A stretch of DNA of 64,000 nt from Patescibacteria group bacterium (GCA_038063735.1 JBBTUN010000012.1:1595-65594), one strand, 5' to 3'; shown: positions 37,984 through 47,854, counted from the stretch's first letter. Notes: generated by a model not told the origin, from the sequence alone. Program-made: numbers and translations.

Positions 37984-38304
37984 ATGGCCACCATTGACGA
38001 TTTCCAAAAATTGGCAATAAAAATCGGCACTATTCGCTCTGCGGAAAAAGTAGCAGGTTCCAGCAAACTCTTAAAGCTAGACATTGACCTTGGCCATGAA
38101 AAACGCCAAATCTTAGCTGGCATTGGTGAAAAGTACGACCCTAAAGATCTTAAAGGCAAACAAATCCCAATTTTGGCAAACCTGGATCCAAGAATGATGA
38201 TGGGCCTGGAATCAAACGGTATGATTTTGGCAGTCGACGTAAATGGCGAGCCGGTACTCTTGCACCCCGATGAAAAAATCGCCAACGGCACCCAAGTCAG
38301 ATAA
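37984..38304 (+). CDS. tRNA-binding protein (CsaA/Myf, EMAP-like domain)
   Basis: 'KIGTIRSAEKVAGSSKLLKLDIDLGHEKRQILAGIGEKYDPKDLKGKQIPILANLDPRMMMGLESNGMILA' is the classic CsaA/MetRS C-terminal-domain pattern. Start taken as the internal M 'MATIDD'; the upstream part of the ORF-track entry is repeat DNA. Confidence 0.7.
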   Translation: MATIDDFQKLAIKIGTIRSAEKVAGSSKLLKLDIDLGHEKRQILAGIGEKYDPKDLKGKQIPILANLDPRMMMGLESNGMILAVDVNGEPVLLHPDEKIANGTQVR

Positions 38305-38966
38305 TGACAAACCCCCCTAAGCTTTGGTCAAAAGAATATAAACAAAAAGGAATTCCCTCTTCTTTCCGCCAAAAACCTTCCGGGGCTATGAAATTGCTTA
38401 GCATTGCAAACTTAAAAGGCAAGACCATAGCTGATCTAGGCTGCGGAAAAGGTAGAAACACTTTCTACCTAATTAAAAATGGCGCATCAAAAGTATATGC
38501 AATAGATTTTGTGCCAGAAGCAATCAGGGAAATTAAATCCGCTAAAAATCCCAAAATTACAGCTGTCTGCCGTGATCTTGCAAAACCATGGCCAATTCCT
38601 AGTGATTCTCTTAATTTGACAATCGATATATTCTGCTTCAAGCATCAAGCTAGCCTGAAAAACCAAGAATTTTATAAATCAGAAATCGAAAGAACTTTAA
38701 AGAAAAAGGGGTTATTACTTTTAGATCTTGCGGCAGTTGATGACGGTTTTTATGGAATACAACCCAAAAAAGAAATTAAACCAAATGTTTATAAAATCAC
38801 GGACCCTGTCACCGGAGTAAACTCCCTACTTTATACAAAAGAAAGCCTGCTCACCGAATTCCCTAATTTCGAGCTATTGGATTTTACAAACGACAAAAAA
38901 GAAGGCCAAATGCACGGACAAACTTACTCACGATCCACCCTAAAATTTCTTCTTAAAAAAAATTAA
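38304..38966 (+). CDS. class I SAM-dependent methyltransferase
   Basis: Motif I 'DLGCGKGRNTFYL' and acidic 'VYAIDF'. Start overlaps the upstream stop (ATAATGA). Confidence 0.6.
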   Translation: MTNPPKLWSKEYKQKGIPSSFRQKPSGAMKLLSIANLKGKTIADLGCGKGRNTFYLIKNGASKVYAIDFVPEAIREIKSAKNPKITAVCRDLAKPWPIPSDSLNLTIDIFCFKHQASLKNQEFYKSEIERTLKKKGLLLLDLAAVDDGFYGIQPKKEIKPNVYKITDPVTGVNSLLYTKESLLTEFPNFELLDFTNDKKEGQMHGQTYSRSTLKFLLKKN

Positions 38967-39011
38967 CGCTGCAACTCGTACACAAAAGTAGTAAAATACG
39001 CCGCACACAAA

Positions 39012-39629
39012 ATGGCAAGTCCAGATAGAAACCAACCAGGCGAAGAACGTCACGAAGAAGACCATTTCCCGATAATCGGAATCGCCGGGCCAATCGCCTC
39101 CGGCAAAGAAACTGTAGCCCAAATCTTAAAAGACAATTTTGGGATTGCTCGCTTTGTAATTTCCGATAATCTTAAAAGACTTGCCGCAGCCCAAGGTATT
39201 AAACCCCCATACTCAAGAGATCTTCTTCGGGATATTAGCCTCAAATTAACAGACCAATCAGGTCCTGGTGCAAACATCCAATTGACACACGAAATAATCC
39301 AAACTCAACGGGCACTTATTAAAATGCAAGGTGCCACTATCGACGGCATAAGACACAAGGGTGAGGCCGAAGAACTTAAAGCCATACCAGCCTCATTATT
39401 AATTGCAGTTACAGCACCGCAACAATTAAGGTATGAACGCGCTCTTCATCGCGAACAGGAAGAAGATGAAACCTTCTACGACAGATTCATAAAAAGAGAT
39501 AACATCGAACTTGCCGAGATCGAACCGATTTTCGAACTCGCAGATGTCGTTATAAATAACACCGGAACCCCAGAAGACCTTGAACGGCAAGTTATCGAAT
39601 TCTTCATCGAAAAAACAAGCGTTTTTTAA
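39012..39629 (+). CDS. P-loop kinase (dephospho-CoA kinase / dNMP-kinase-like)
   Basis: Walker A 'IGIAGPIASGKET'. About 205 aa, lid-like basic region. Substrate unknown. Confidence 0.4.
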   Translation: MASPDRNQPGEERHEEDHFPIIGIAGPIASGKETVAQILKDNFGIARFVISDNLKRLAAAQGIKPPYSRDLLRDISLKLTDQSGPGANIQLTHEIIQTQRALIKMQGATIDGIRHKGEAEELKAIPASLLIAVTAPQQLRYERALHREQEEDETFYDRFIKRDNIELAEIEPIFELADVVINNTGTPEDLERQVIEFFIEKTSVF

Positions 39630-39667
39630 AACTCGACTAACTTGCCTCAATTTGATATCTTTTACAG

Positions 39668-39907
39668 ATGCACTGGCAGGACTGGGTTTTTTCTATAGGA
39701 AACTGGATTTTCAGCATCGCATTGATCCCTGCCATTTTAGATAAAGAAAAACCACCTGTATCAACAAGCCTTACTAATACAATTGTTTTATTTGTTATGT
39801 CATTTACGTTCTCAACACTAACACTCTACCTAAGCGCATTTTCAATCGGCATAAACGGCATACTCTGGTTAATCCTCGGCGTTCAAAGACTTAAGCAGAA
39901 AAAATGA
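39668..39907 (+). CDS. small membrane protein
   Basis: Two hydrophobic helices. 79 aa. Confidence 0.25.
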   Translation: MHWQDWVFSIGNWIFSIALIPAILDKEKPPVSTSLTNTIVLFVMSFTFSTLTLYLSAFSIGINGILWLILGVQRLKQKK

Positions 39908-39934
39908 TCAAACTTGTCGGAGATAAAAAATATC

Positions 39935-40546
39935 CTAAAACTTAACCCCTAATTTTTTAAGGTCTGCTTCCAGCTGTTTAGGATTTTTATATTGGATTGC
40001 CTGCATCCCCAGGCTTTTTGCCGTTTCCACATGATCACGTCTATCATCTATAAACACAATGTCCCCTGCATCTTCGCGCGTCTCATCAAGAGCCAGCCTA
40101 AAAATCCTTGGACCGTCGCGCTTTGTAACGTGAGCTTCGTGGGAGAAAATCCCTTTATCAAATTCCTCTAAAAAATTATACTTTTCCTGCAAGTAATCCA
40201 CTCTATCTTTTGCGTTATCCGAAAGGTAAAAAAGCTTTGTCCCCTTTTTCTTTAACTTTTTGGCAATAACCACAACTTCTGCAACCGGCTCGTACGACTC
40301 ATACCAAATTCTGTTCAATTCCTCGGCCGGTGCGTCTATGTAAAGAATTTTCTTAACCGCCTCCCAGAATTCTTCGTACGTTATGTCACCGCGCCTATAT
40401 TGCTTGCCAAAATCCGAACTAACAGCCATTACATCCGAAACTAATTTTGGGTCTAAATTAAATTTTTTTGCTATTTTTTTCGAAGCAATTTCTTTGCCGT
40501 CTGTAAAGTACACTCCGCCTAAATCAAAAATCACAACTTTTGCCAT
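39935..40546 (-). CDS. HAD-superfamily hydrolase
   Basis: Motif I 'VVIFDLGGVYF' and motif IV 'GDIVFIDDRRDH'. Confidence 0.6.
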   Translation of the reverse strand: MAKVVIFDLGGVYFTDGKEIASKKIAKKFNLDPKLVSDVMAVSSDFGKQYRRGDITYEEFWEAVKKILYIDAPAEELNRIWYESYEPVAEVVVIAKKLKKKGTKLFYLSDNAKDRVDYLQEKYNFLEEFDKGIFSHEAHVTKRDGPRIFRLALDETREDAGDIVFIDDRRDHVETAKSLGMQAIQYKNPKQLEADLKKLGVKF

Positions 40547-40651
40547 CTGCTAATTATACCCTATAACCAGATTCAAAGCCTATATCCGCTACACAATTCC
40601 CTACCCCAATTCCGCTTGCATCACAAAACATAAGGGAATATAATCCCCGCA

Positions 40652-41482
40652 GTGCAAGAACAGGCAATTCCATGCTGCCAGCCGCAAGAAGCCGGGCAAG
40701 AACAAATAAACATTGGGGGTTTATTTGACGCCTACCTGTCTTCCGAATACTTCTCCGCGCATTATAGGCGGAACACTCAACTCGTTTTTTCGCAAGACAT
40801 AAGAAGATTTTTAAAGATATTCAATTTCACCAACCAACTGGAAGCAGACAAATTACCGGAACTGATCAAGGAATATGAAACATTAAGTAATTCAGCATCC
40901 GCTCGCCGCACATTATCAGCTCTCAAAAGTGCCGCCAGCTGGGGAATAACAGAAGGGCTGTTAGACGGAAACCCGGATGTAAATTTTCAACCTAAGAAGA
41001 ATGGTGATCGCTCTCCGTTTATGGATTTTAATGTTAGTCCTTTGTCAAACAAGGATTTAAAAAAATTGATGCAGGCAGTCGACAAAAATCCTAGAGATAA
41101 AGCATTAATTTTAACCGTTCTGCTAACAAGAGGGAGCACTGATACCGTCAGGAGACTAACAAAAGAAAGCATTACTCATAACGCAAACGGTACAACTACA
41201 ATCACAATAAACGCCTTTAATATAGTGATGCCAGAAGAAGCCGCGTCAGTATTATTAAGTTACGCCCAAAGCCTTAAGCCCGGATCGCTTTTCCCATGCC
41301 GCAGAGAACCTCACGGGCCGCTAACAAGACAGGCAATGCATGTAATTTTCCAAAAATACAAAAACGGAATTGGCCTCCAAAATTTGTCGCATGGCATCCT
41401 GGTAAAAACAGGATCAAATATGTTTGGCATACCCCAGCAGCAAGTCCATCAACCTCAAGCTCCCCAAACGCCGGAGCCGTAA
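40652..41482 (+). CDS. tyrosine-recombinase (XerD/integrase)-like protein, catalytic residues apparently degenerate
   Basis: Collinear with the XerD catalytic domain ('RDKALILTVLLTRGSTDTVRRLTKESI', 'LFPCRREPHGPLTRQAMHVIFQKY', 'LSHGILVKTG'). The HxxR box is changed and the C-terminal Tyr segment is absent. Confidence 0.4.
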   Translation: MQEQAIPCCQPQEAGQEQINIGGLFDAYLSSEYFSAHYRRNTQLVFSQDIRRFLKIFNFTNQLEADKLPELIKEYETLSNSASARRTLSALKSAASWGITEGLLDGNPDVNFQPKKNGDRSPFMDFNVSPLSNKDLKKLMQAVDKNPRDKALILTVLLTRGSTDTVRRLTKESITHNANGTTTITINAFNIVMPEEAASVLLSYAQSLKPGSLFPCRREPHGPLTRQAMHVIFQKYKNGIGLQNLSHGILVKTGSNMFGIPQQQVHQPQAPQTPEP

Positions 41483-42540
41483 TTTTTAACAAAACCGGAA
41501 AGCTCCATTAAGGAAAGTTCCGACGCAATTTTCTCGATCGGCATACCAATTTCGCGGGCAATAGTGTCAATATGCTTTGCCTCCCCATCCAGTATCGACA
41601 AAATCTTTTGCTGGTCTTTATCTCCAGGGATAATTTGTTGCTTTTTGCTTATTTCTTGTTGCTTTTTGCGCTCCACATCCAACCCCGCTAAAACATCCGC
41701 GGCATTTGTTACCGGAGTCACCCCGTCTTTTATTAAATTATTAACTCCCTCTGCTGTTTTGGCAGTTATTGGCCCCGGCACCGCAAAAACCTCACGCCCT
41801 TGTTCGGCGGCACTTCCTGCCGTAATCATTGAACCGCTGTCTATTGCTGCCTCCGTTACCAAAACCCCCAGAGATAGTCCCGAAATTATTCTGTTTCTGG
41901 CGGCAAAATTGCTTTGCACCGGCGGGAATCCAAGCGGGAATTCGGATACGACTGCCCCGCTTTTGGCAATTTCTTCTGCCAGTTTTTTATTTTCCGGCGG
42001 ATAGACCAAGTCCACCCCACATCCCAAAACTGCAATTGTTCTCCCGCCAGCCTCCAGCGCCGTTCTATGCGCAATACTATCTATTCCCCGCGCCAAACCA
42101 CTAACGATTGTTAAACCATTTTTTGCAAGATCAAAAACCAATCTTTCTGTAACCTGTCGACCGTATGGCGTGGCGTTTCGACTCCCCACAACCGCAACAG
42201 CCAAATCATCGCCGGGCAAAATAGTGCCTTTGTAATACAAAACGGGCGGGCAGCCGGTAATTTGCCGCAAATTGGCCGGATACTCGTCCTCTACCATAGA
42301 CACAACTTTTATGCCGGCCGCATAAACTTTGGCAAGATAAATATTAGGGTCAACTTTACTACGGAAATCAACTATGGAAAGCTTTGTTTTGGCATCAATT
42401 TTGAGTTTACTGATCTCGCTGTCGGACGCTTCCCAAAATTTTTTAAGTGTCTTAAAACTTTTTCGAAGATAACCAAACGTAACCGTCCCAACTCCACCAA
42501 TCGCACTCACAGCTACCCAACACGCAAGTTCCTTATTCAC
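41455..42540 (-). CDS. dprA: DNA processing protein DprA (Smf)
   Basis: Rossmann-like 'VAVVGSRNATPYGRQVTERLVFDLAKNGLTIVSGLARGIDSIAHRTALEAGGRTIAVLGCGVD'. Confidence 0.85.
   Translation of the reverse strand: MNKELACWVAVSAIGGVGTVTFGYLRKSFKTLKKFWEASDSEISKLKIDAKTKLSIVDFRSKVDPNIYLAKVYAAGIKVVSMVEDEYPANLRQITGCPPVLYYKGTILPGDDLAVAVVGSRNATPYGRQVTERLVFDLAKNGLTIVSGLARGIDSIAHRTALEAGGRTIAVLGCGVDLVYPPENKKLAEEIAKSGAVVSEFPLGFPPVQSNFAARNRIISGLSLGVLVTEAAIDSGSMITAGSAAEQGREVFAVPGPITAKTAEGVNNLIKDGVTPVTNAADVLAGLDVERKKQQEISKKQQIIPGDKDQQKILSILDGEAKHIDTIAREIGMPIEKIASELSLMELSGFVKNYGSGVWGA
41634..41670 (-). repeat. family 2 copy, in frame in dprA
   Basis: 'ttgttgctttttgcttatttcttgttgctttttgcg'. Encodes KKQQEISKKQQ. 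Confidence 0.5.
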
Positions 42541-42547
42541 TTTTTGA

Positions 42548-43099
42548 TTAAACTTTAATTACAACCGTACCTGCAAGTTTGTCATGGAGAGCCTGCTTTT
42601 TCGCGTCAAAAATCGCCATGGGGTAACCGATAATTGTAAGAGCCGAAATCAATTTAAAAACAAACTCACGTGTTACAAACTTTCCTGCAGACGGTGTTGT
42701 ACCATCAACCGTCAAAACTGTCTTAACATGCATAGCTTTCCTACCTATCGTCTGTCCATTCTTATGCTGATAAGCCCCATAATAATAAATCGCTATTGCT
42801 GATTGGATAACAAGTTGTACAACCCACATCAAAATCCCAATCAAAAAATCCCCTTTGCCCACAAACAAACCTACTAGGCTAAAAATAATAAAAATGGGTA
42901 CATTGATTGCAAACAAAACCAAACTATCGATAATATTTGCAAGCCACCGGGACAAAACACCCGCATATTCCGCCCCAACAGTAGACGTTGCTACCGGCAT
43001 AGGCGTAGTGACGGAAGGTTGAGGCGTTGCAGGAGTCGGCGCCACAACGGGCGCACTACTTAATGTCGGCATACTGGGATTGTCTTGGTCTTGATCCAT
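42548..43099 (-). CDS. RDD-family membrane protein
   Basis: Pro/Thr-rich N-terminus followed by the 'RWLANIIDSLV...YYGAYQHKNGQTIGRK' RDD-domain pattern with three TM segments. Confidence 0.55.
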   Translation of the reverse strand: MDQDQDNPSMPTLSSAPVVAPTPATPQPSVTTPMPVATSTVGAEYAGVLSRWLANIIDSLVLFAINVPIFIIFSLVGLFVGKGDFLIGILMWVVQLVIQSAIAIYYYGAYQHKNGQTIGRKAMHVKTVLTVDGTTPSAGKFVTREFVFKLISALTIIGYPMAIFDAKKQALHDKLAGTVVIKV

Positions 43100-43176
43100 T
43101 TTTCGTTATCTAAATCCAGTTTATGCCAAAAATAGAAATTTAAACAACCATTAGAAGAAAATAACACTCAAAAATC

Positions 43177-43515
43177 CTAAACAAGGTCTGTCGGGAAAAT
43201 AATCCCGTATGCATGTGTGATAAATTCACTTCTGTCTTTACTTGTCATCCTTGCTTCCTCTGCTAAAATTATCGAAAGGGCAGTGATTTGGGATACCTCA
43301 ACACCGTATGCTTCGCCAAGTTCCACCTGCCTTTGACCAATTAACGCAGGCAGATCATCAGCGCTAACGGTGTGATCTAAGCCTCTTTTTCTCCATTCAT
43401 CCGCAACCTTCGGGGGTATATACAACTTTTGTTCAACTGTCATAATAATGGAAATAATAAACTGCCTTCTATATTTTTTCAAACAGTTCCGCTTCCAGTT
43501 TTGTCCGCTCGGCAA
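43177..43515 (-). CDS. hypothetical protein
   Basis: About 90-110 aa; probable start at the internal M 'MTVEQKLY'. Confidence 0.25.
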   Translation of the reverse strand: MPSGQNWKRNCLKKYRRQFIISIIMTVEQKLYIPPKVADEWRKRGLDHTVSADDLPALIGQRQVELGEAYGVEVSQITALSIILAEEARMTSKDRSEFITHAYGIIFPTDLV

Positions 43516-44041
43516 TAAACTTGCCAGCTTTTTTAGCCTGCTCTTTTCTGAATTCCAAAGTTGTCATGCTGGCATTTTTATTAAGTTCCAAAACCAGCTC
43601 CTCTATACTCCGCTCGTCAAACGCAAGCGCAACGCTTTTGTAATTCTTTATTGCAGCTCGTATCAGCGTTTGCCCGCCAATATCCATACTTTCCGGGAAA
43701 ATAGATTCGTCAGGCGCATACAAATCAACAATAACCAAATCAAAAGCCTCCAAGCCTTCTTTTTTTAATTCCTCCAAATGTAAGGGGTTTTTTTTATCGG
43801 CCAATATTCTCACAAAATTCACCCTATCCAAACTTTTAACACGTCCGCTAAAATCAAAACCGCGAACAACAGATTGGCCTTCAAAGCCCTTTGCGCGAAC
43901 GTAATTGATCGTACCTTCCGTTCCCCAAAACTTCGTCCTGTGTTTATCAAGCAGCTCGAGTAGGCCGTCCAAAACGCCCTTTTCAAAAACCGCTGCAAAT
44001 ATATTTAAAACTTCAATTTTATCCATAATTTTAAGCAACAA
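43469..44041 (-). CDS. purH: IMP cyclohydrolase domain protein (PurH N-terminal MGS-like domain as a stand-alone gene)
   Basis: 'GRVKSL', 'FDLVIVDLYAP' and 'MDIGGQTLIRAAIKNYKSVA' align with the PurH IMPCH domain ('GRVKTLHP', 'VVVNLYPF', 'IDIGGPTMVRSAAKNH'). Confidence 0.75.
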   Translation of the reverse strand: MLLKIMDKIEVLNIFAAVFEKGVLDGLLELLDKHRTKFWGTEGTINYVRAKGFEGQSVVRGFDFSGRVKSLDRVNFVRILADKKNPLHLEELKKEGLEAFDLVIVDLYAPDESIFPESMDIGGQTLIRAAIKNYKSVALAFDERSIEELVLELNKNASMTTLEFRKEQAKKAGKFIAERTKLEAELFEKI

Positions 44042-44108
44042 GAGACAAGTAATAAGTGACGGGCATTTTTCTTATACTTATTGCCTATTTCTTTTTGCTT
44101 ATCACTTC
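44035..44108. repeat. family 2 copy in the spacer between the two purH domain genes
   Basis: 'gcaacaagagacaagtaataagtgacgggcatttttcttatacttattgcctatttctttttgcttatcacttc'. Confidence 0.5.
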
Positions 44109-45036
44109 AATGTTTAAAATGCCTTACCCCTGTAAACACCATCGTAATTCCGTGCTTTTTGGCCTCCGCAATCACTTTGTCGTCGTTAATCGATCCACCA
44201 GGTTGAATTATTGTCGATATCCCTGCTTTTGCTGCCAGTTTTACATTATCCGGAAACGGAAAAAACGCATCGCTTGCAAGTACCGCCCCCTTAGTTTTAA
44301 CCCCGGCTTGCTTCATAGCCAAGTGAACAGAGTTGACCCTATTCGGTTGCCCGGTTCCCATCCCAAGCATCGACACGTCCCGCACAATAACTATCGCATT
44401 ACTCTTAACATGTTTTACGACTTTCCACGCAAACTCCAAGTCCGCAAGTACCCGCTTGGACGGTTTACCTCCATTTACTATTTTCCATTTACTAGAATCC
44501 TCCTCAACATCATCTGAAGTTTGAATTAAATAACCACCAAAAGCGCGGGTAAATTCCAAAAGTTTCGGCGGTTTTTCCGCTTTAACAACTCGCATCTTGG
44601 CACTTCTCCTTTTAAGCCTTTCCAAAACTTCGAGGGTATAATCCGGTGCGACCAAAAGCTCAAAAAACTTGCCATGCATTGCCTCGATCATTGCCATAGT
44701 CGGAGGCCTGTTAACTGCAATAATTCCACCAAAGGCACTGATATTATCCGCTGCGTACGCCGCATTAAAAGCCTCGGCAAGATCGTCTCGCGACGTTATT
44801 CCGCTTGGGTTAGCATGCTTAATTATTGCAACTGTCGGGGCGCTAAACTCACAAACTAAATTCCAAGCATGGTTAGCGTCCCCAATATTATTATGAGAAA
44901 GCTCGATTCCCCAAAGCTGTTCAAAGCCGCTATTACCATCTTCCACGTAAAACGCACTCGCCTGGTGCGGGTTTTCTCCATAACGAAGATCTTTCAATTT
45001 CGCTAGATTTATTTTTAAATTCTTATCTAAAACCAT
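44107..45036 (-). CDS. purH: AICAR transformylase domain protein (PurH C-terminal domain as a stand-alone gene)
   Basis: 'LRYGENPHQASAFY', 'AFGGIIAVNR', 'VKSNAIVIVRD...GMGTGQPNRV', 'ASDAFFPFPD', 'IQPGGSINDD...FTGVRHFKH' match the AICARFT domain. Start placed at 'MVLDKN' to avoid overlapping the PBP2 gene. Confidence 0.8.
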   Translation of the reverse strand: MVLDKNLKINLAKLKDLRYGENPHQASAFYVEDGNSGFEQLWGIELSHNNIGDANHAWNLVCEFSAPTVAIIKHANPSGITSRDDLAEAFNAAYAADNISAFGGIIAVNRPPTMAMIEAMHGKFFELLVAPDYTLEVLERLKRRSAKMRVVKAEKPPKLLEFTRAFGGYLIQTSDDVEEDSSKWKIVNGGKPSKRVLADLEFAWKVVKHVKSNAIVIVRDVSMLGMGTGQPNRVNSVHLAMKQAGVKTKGAVLASDAFFPFPDNVKLAAKAGISTIIQPGGSINDDKVIAEAKKHGITMVFTGVRHFKH

Positions 45037-45040
45037 ATCT

Positions 45041-46801
45041 CTATTTCCGGTTTGCAAACCACCAATCCAAAATTTCTTTGGCAACGGGAGCGGATACTGC
45101 GCTTCCCTGCCCTCCACGCTCAACCAAAACAGTTAGCGCAATTTCCGGTTTATCTGCCGGTGCATAAACTGTAAACCAAGCGTGAGAACTGCCTCCAAGT
45201 TCTTCTGCAGTTCCCGTTTTACAAGCCACCCTATACTTTGCATTAAAAAATGGGGCACCAGTTCCCCCGGCTTCACAGGCCCCTTCCATTCCGGCCCGAA
45301 CCAAATCCAAGTGTTCTTGCGAAACTAAATTCTCACCAACGACTTTCGGCTCGAATTTAATCTCACTAGCGCCATCTCCCCCGTTAATTTTGGAAACCAA
45401 ATAAGGTTTTGTCAACTTTCCGCTGGCAATGTAAGAAGTTATCTTGTTAACTTGTATTGGAGTTGTCAGCATAAAACCCTGGCCAATGGCAAGGTGCAAA
45501 GTATCCCCCAAAAACCAACTTTCACCAATACCGGCCTTTTTCCATACCTCATCCGGAACCAAGCCAAAAGATTCATCGGGCAGATCAATTGCTGTCTTTT
45601 GCCCATAGCCCAATTTCACAGCCATTTGCTTTATTGTATCCACCCCAATTTCCTGACCAAGTTTATAGAAAAATACGTCGTTCGACCTGGCGATTGCCCG
45701 CTTCATCTTAATAAGCCCGTCTGTTTTCCCATACTCCAAATAAAACCAGTTAGAAAAAGTTTGCCCGCCAACTTTTATGCTTCCCGTATCGTCAAACTCG
45801 GTGTTGGCATCCACCTTACCGCTTTCCAGACCGGCCAACGCAGAAACTATTTTAAAAACAGAACCCGGAGGATAGTTTCCCTGAACGACCCTATTAAAAA
45901 AGGGTAAATTTTTATCTGTCACCGCGCGCCCTATATCTTCCGGGTCAAAAGAAGGCGCAGAAGCAAGCGCCAAAATTTCACCCGTATTTGGATTTTCGAC
46001 AACGACCGCCCCTTTTTTACTGGTCGCAAGATCGGAGTATTTTTTTAAGGAATCATAGGCAACTTTTTGCAAACCCCCATCAATTGTTGAATACACATCA
46101 CGCCCGCTTCTGGCCTCTTCAACCCCAAGTATAGACACGTTTTTACCTTCAGCATCAACCTCAACCAGCCTTCTACCCGGCTTTCCAAGTAAAAAGGAAT
46201 CGTACGTGTCCTCAATCCCTAACCTGCCCATTGCATTAGTTGTCGAGAGGCTTTTATCCTGCTCTTTCTCCTCTACCTGTACGACACTGGTATAACCCAA
46301 AACATGCGCGCCGGCTTCTCCCAGGTTGTATTTGCGCAAAACCTCACGCATTACCTTTCCATCCACCCCCTCAAAATATTCACCCGCCCTACCGCCTTTT
46401 TCCAAATTTTGGGCGTCGGTTTCCGTTATTTCGCGTTCCTTATCATCTTTTTTCAAAAAGTAAGCGATTTTGGAGCTGGCTAGTTCATCCCCCCGCCTGT
46501 CAAATATTTTTCCTCTCCCGGCTTCAAACTCAACCAGCTTAACCCGATTGTTGTCGGCAAGTTCTCTGTTTCTGGCGCCAGCTACTACTGTTAGAACAAA
46601 AAGCCTTGCCACGAAGACCAGCAAAATCAAAAAAGACACTAAATAAAAAAAGTAGATGCGGGAAAGACTCAGGCCACCGGCAACATAACCGTCATCCTCC
46701 AGGTCTCCTTTTCTCCACTTACTCGTCTTCTCCTGCCAAATCGAGCTCTCGGCTCCAAACATATTTTCATTTATTCTCCTCCTGCCGCGCACGTGTATCA
46801 T
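45041..46801 (-). CDS. mrdA: penicillin-binding protein 2 / peptidoglycan D,D-transpeptidase
   Basis: N-terminal TM; SxxK 'GSVFKIV', SxN, 'KTGTAE'. Directly downstream of mreB. Confidence 0.8.
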   Translation of the reverse strand: MIHVRGRRRINENMFGAESSIWQEKTSKWRKGDLEDDGYVAGGLSLSRIYFFYLVSFLILLVFVARLFVLTVVAGARNRELADNNRVKLVEFEAGRGKIFDRRGDELASSKIAYFLKKDDKEREITETDAQNLEKGGRAGEYFEGVDGKVMREVLRKYNLGEAGAHVLGYTSVVQVEEKEQDKSLSTTNAMGRLGIEDTYDSFLLGKPGRRLVEVDAEGKNVSILGVEEARSGRDVYSTIDGGLQKVAYDSLKKYSDLATSKKGAVVVENPNTGEILALASAPSFDPEDIGRAVTDKNLPFFNRVVQGNYPPGSVFKIVSALAGLESGKVDANTEFDDTGSIKVGGQTFSNWFYLEYGKTDGLIKMKRAIARSNDVFFYKLGQEIGVDTIKQMAVKLGYGQKTAIDLPDESFGLVPDEVWKKAGIGESWFLGDTLHLAIGQGFMLTTPIQVNKITSYIASGKLTKPYLVSKINGGDGASEIKFEPKVVGENLVSQEHLDLVRAGMEGACEAGGTGAPFFNAKYRVACKTGTAEELGGSSHAWFTVYAPADKPEIALTVLVERGGQGSAVSAPVAKEILDWWFANRK

Positions 46802-47854
46802 TTAGTCTTTGGATCTGAAACTTACCTTTTTAAGAAGTGCATCGTTAGTTAGCGCCTTTGCACAACCGACAACAACACAGTAAAGCGGATCGGTAGCAAC
46901 GTTAACAGGCATCTTGGCCTCCTGGGCAATTAATTTTGGCAAGCCAAAAATAAGCGCTCCTCCCCCGCAAAGCATAATCCCTTTTTCAGAAACATCCCCC
47001 GCAAGTTCCGGCGGCGCATCTTCAATTGTTTCCACAACTGCATCCACTATCGACTTGATAGTAGGCGCCAGCGCTTCGCGAATTTGAGTAGAAGTTAGTT
47101 TTATAGACTTTGGCAAACCTTTTTCCAAATCCCGTCCGCGAACTATCATTTGCTTTTCTACCTGCATTGGGTAGGCACTCCCCAAAAGCATCTTTACTTC
47201 CTCCGCGGTTTTTTCACCCAGCGCCAGTCCATACCTGGAACGCACATAATTTACAATGTCCCTGTCCATCGCATCCCCTCCAATTTTTAGAGATTTACCG
47301 GAAACTATTCCACCCAGAGAAATTACGGCCATGTCACTCGTCCCACCCCCAATATCAACTATCATCGAGCCGCGCGCCTCCTCTACATTAAGCCCGGCAC
47401 CAATTGCCGCCGCCATCGGCTCTTCAATTAAATATGCTTCCCGCGCGCCGGAATCATACGCGACGTCAAAAAGCGCCCGCCTTTCCACTTCTGTTACCTG
47501 AGAAGGGATTCCCAGAACAACTCTTGGCCTTGGTATAGAAATTAAACGCCCCGGTTTCGAATGCACTTTCTTTACAAAATAAGAAAGCATCGCCAGTGTT
47601 GTATCGTAGTCGGAAATTACACCATCCTTCAGGGGTCTTACGGTAGTTATATTAAGAGGTGTTCTACCGATCATTTTTCTGGCATCCCCACCAATTGCAA
47701 TCACTCTCCTGCTTTTTTTGTGAAGTGCCACGATCGAAGGCTCGCGGATGACGATCCCCTTTCCGGCAACATGAATTAAAGTATTTGCAGTTCCTAAGTC
47801 AACACCCAAGTCAGAAGAAAAGTAGCCTAAGATATTATCGACAATAGGAATCAT
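46802..47854 (-). CDS. mreB: rod-shape determining protein MreB
   Basis: Actin-fold motifs 'DLGTANTLIHV', 'IVDIGGGTSDMAVISLGG', 'MLCGGGALI'. Confidence 0.9.
   Translation of the reverse strand: MIPIVDNILGYFSSDLGVDLGTANTLIHVAGKGIVIREPSIVALHKKSRRVIAIGGDARKMIGRTPLNITTVRPLKDGVISDYDTTLAMLSYFVKKVHSKPGRLISIPRPRVVLGIPSQVTEVERRALFDVAYDSGAREAYLIEEPMAAAIGAGLNVEEARGSMIVDIGGGTSDMAVISLGGIVSGKSLKIGGDAMDRDIVNYVRSRYGLALGEKTAEEVKMLLGSAYPMQVEKQMIVRGRDLEKGLPKSIKLTSTQIREALAPTIKSIVDAVVETIEDAPPELAGDVSEKGIMLCGGGALIFGLPKLIAQEAKMPVNVATDPLYCVVVGCAKALTNDALLKKVSFRSKD

Noticed and set aside
37851-38291. 146-aa minus-strand ORF between the four-helix-bundle gene and the MTase
   Set aside because: It is read through family-1 repeat DNA ('VSKVSKVS') and runs antisense to a well-supported CsaA-like gene. 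Spurious.
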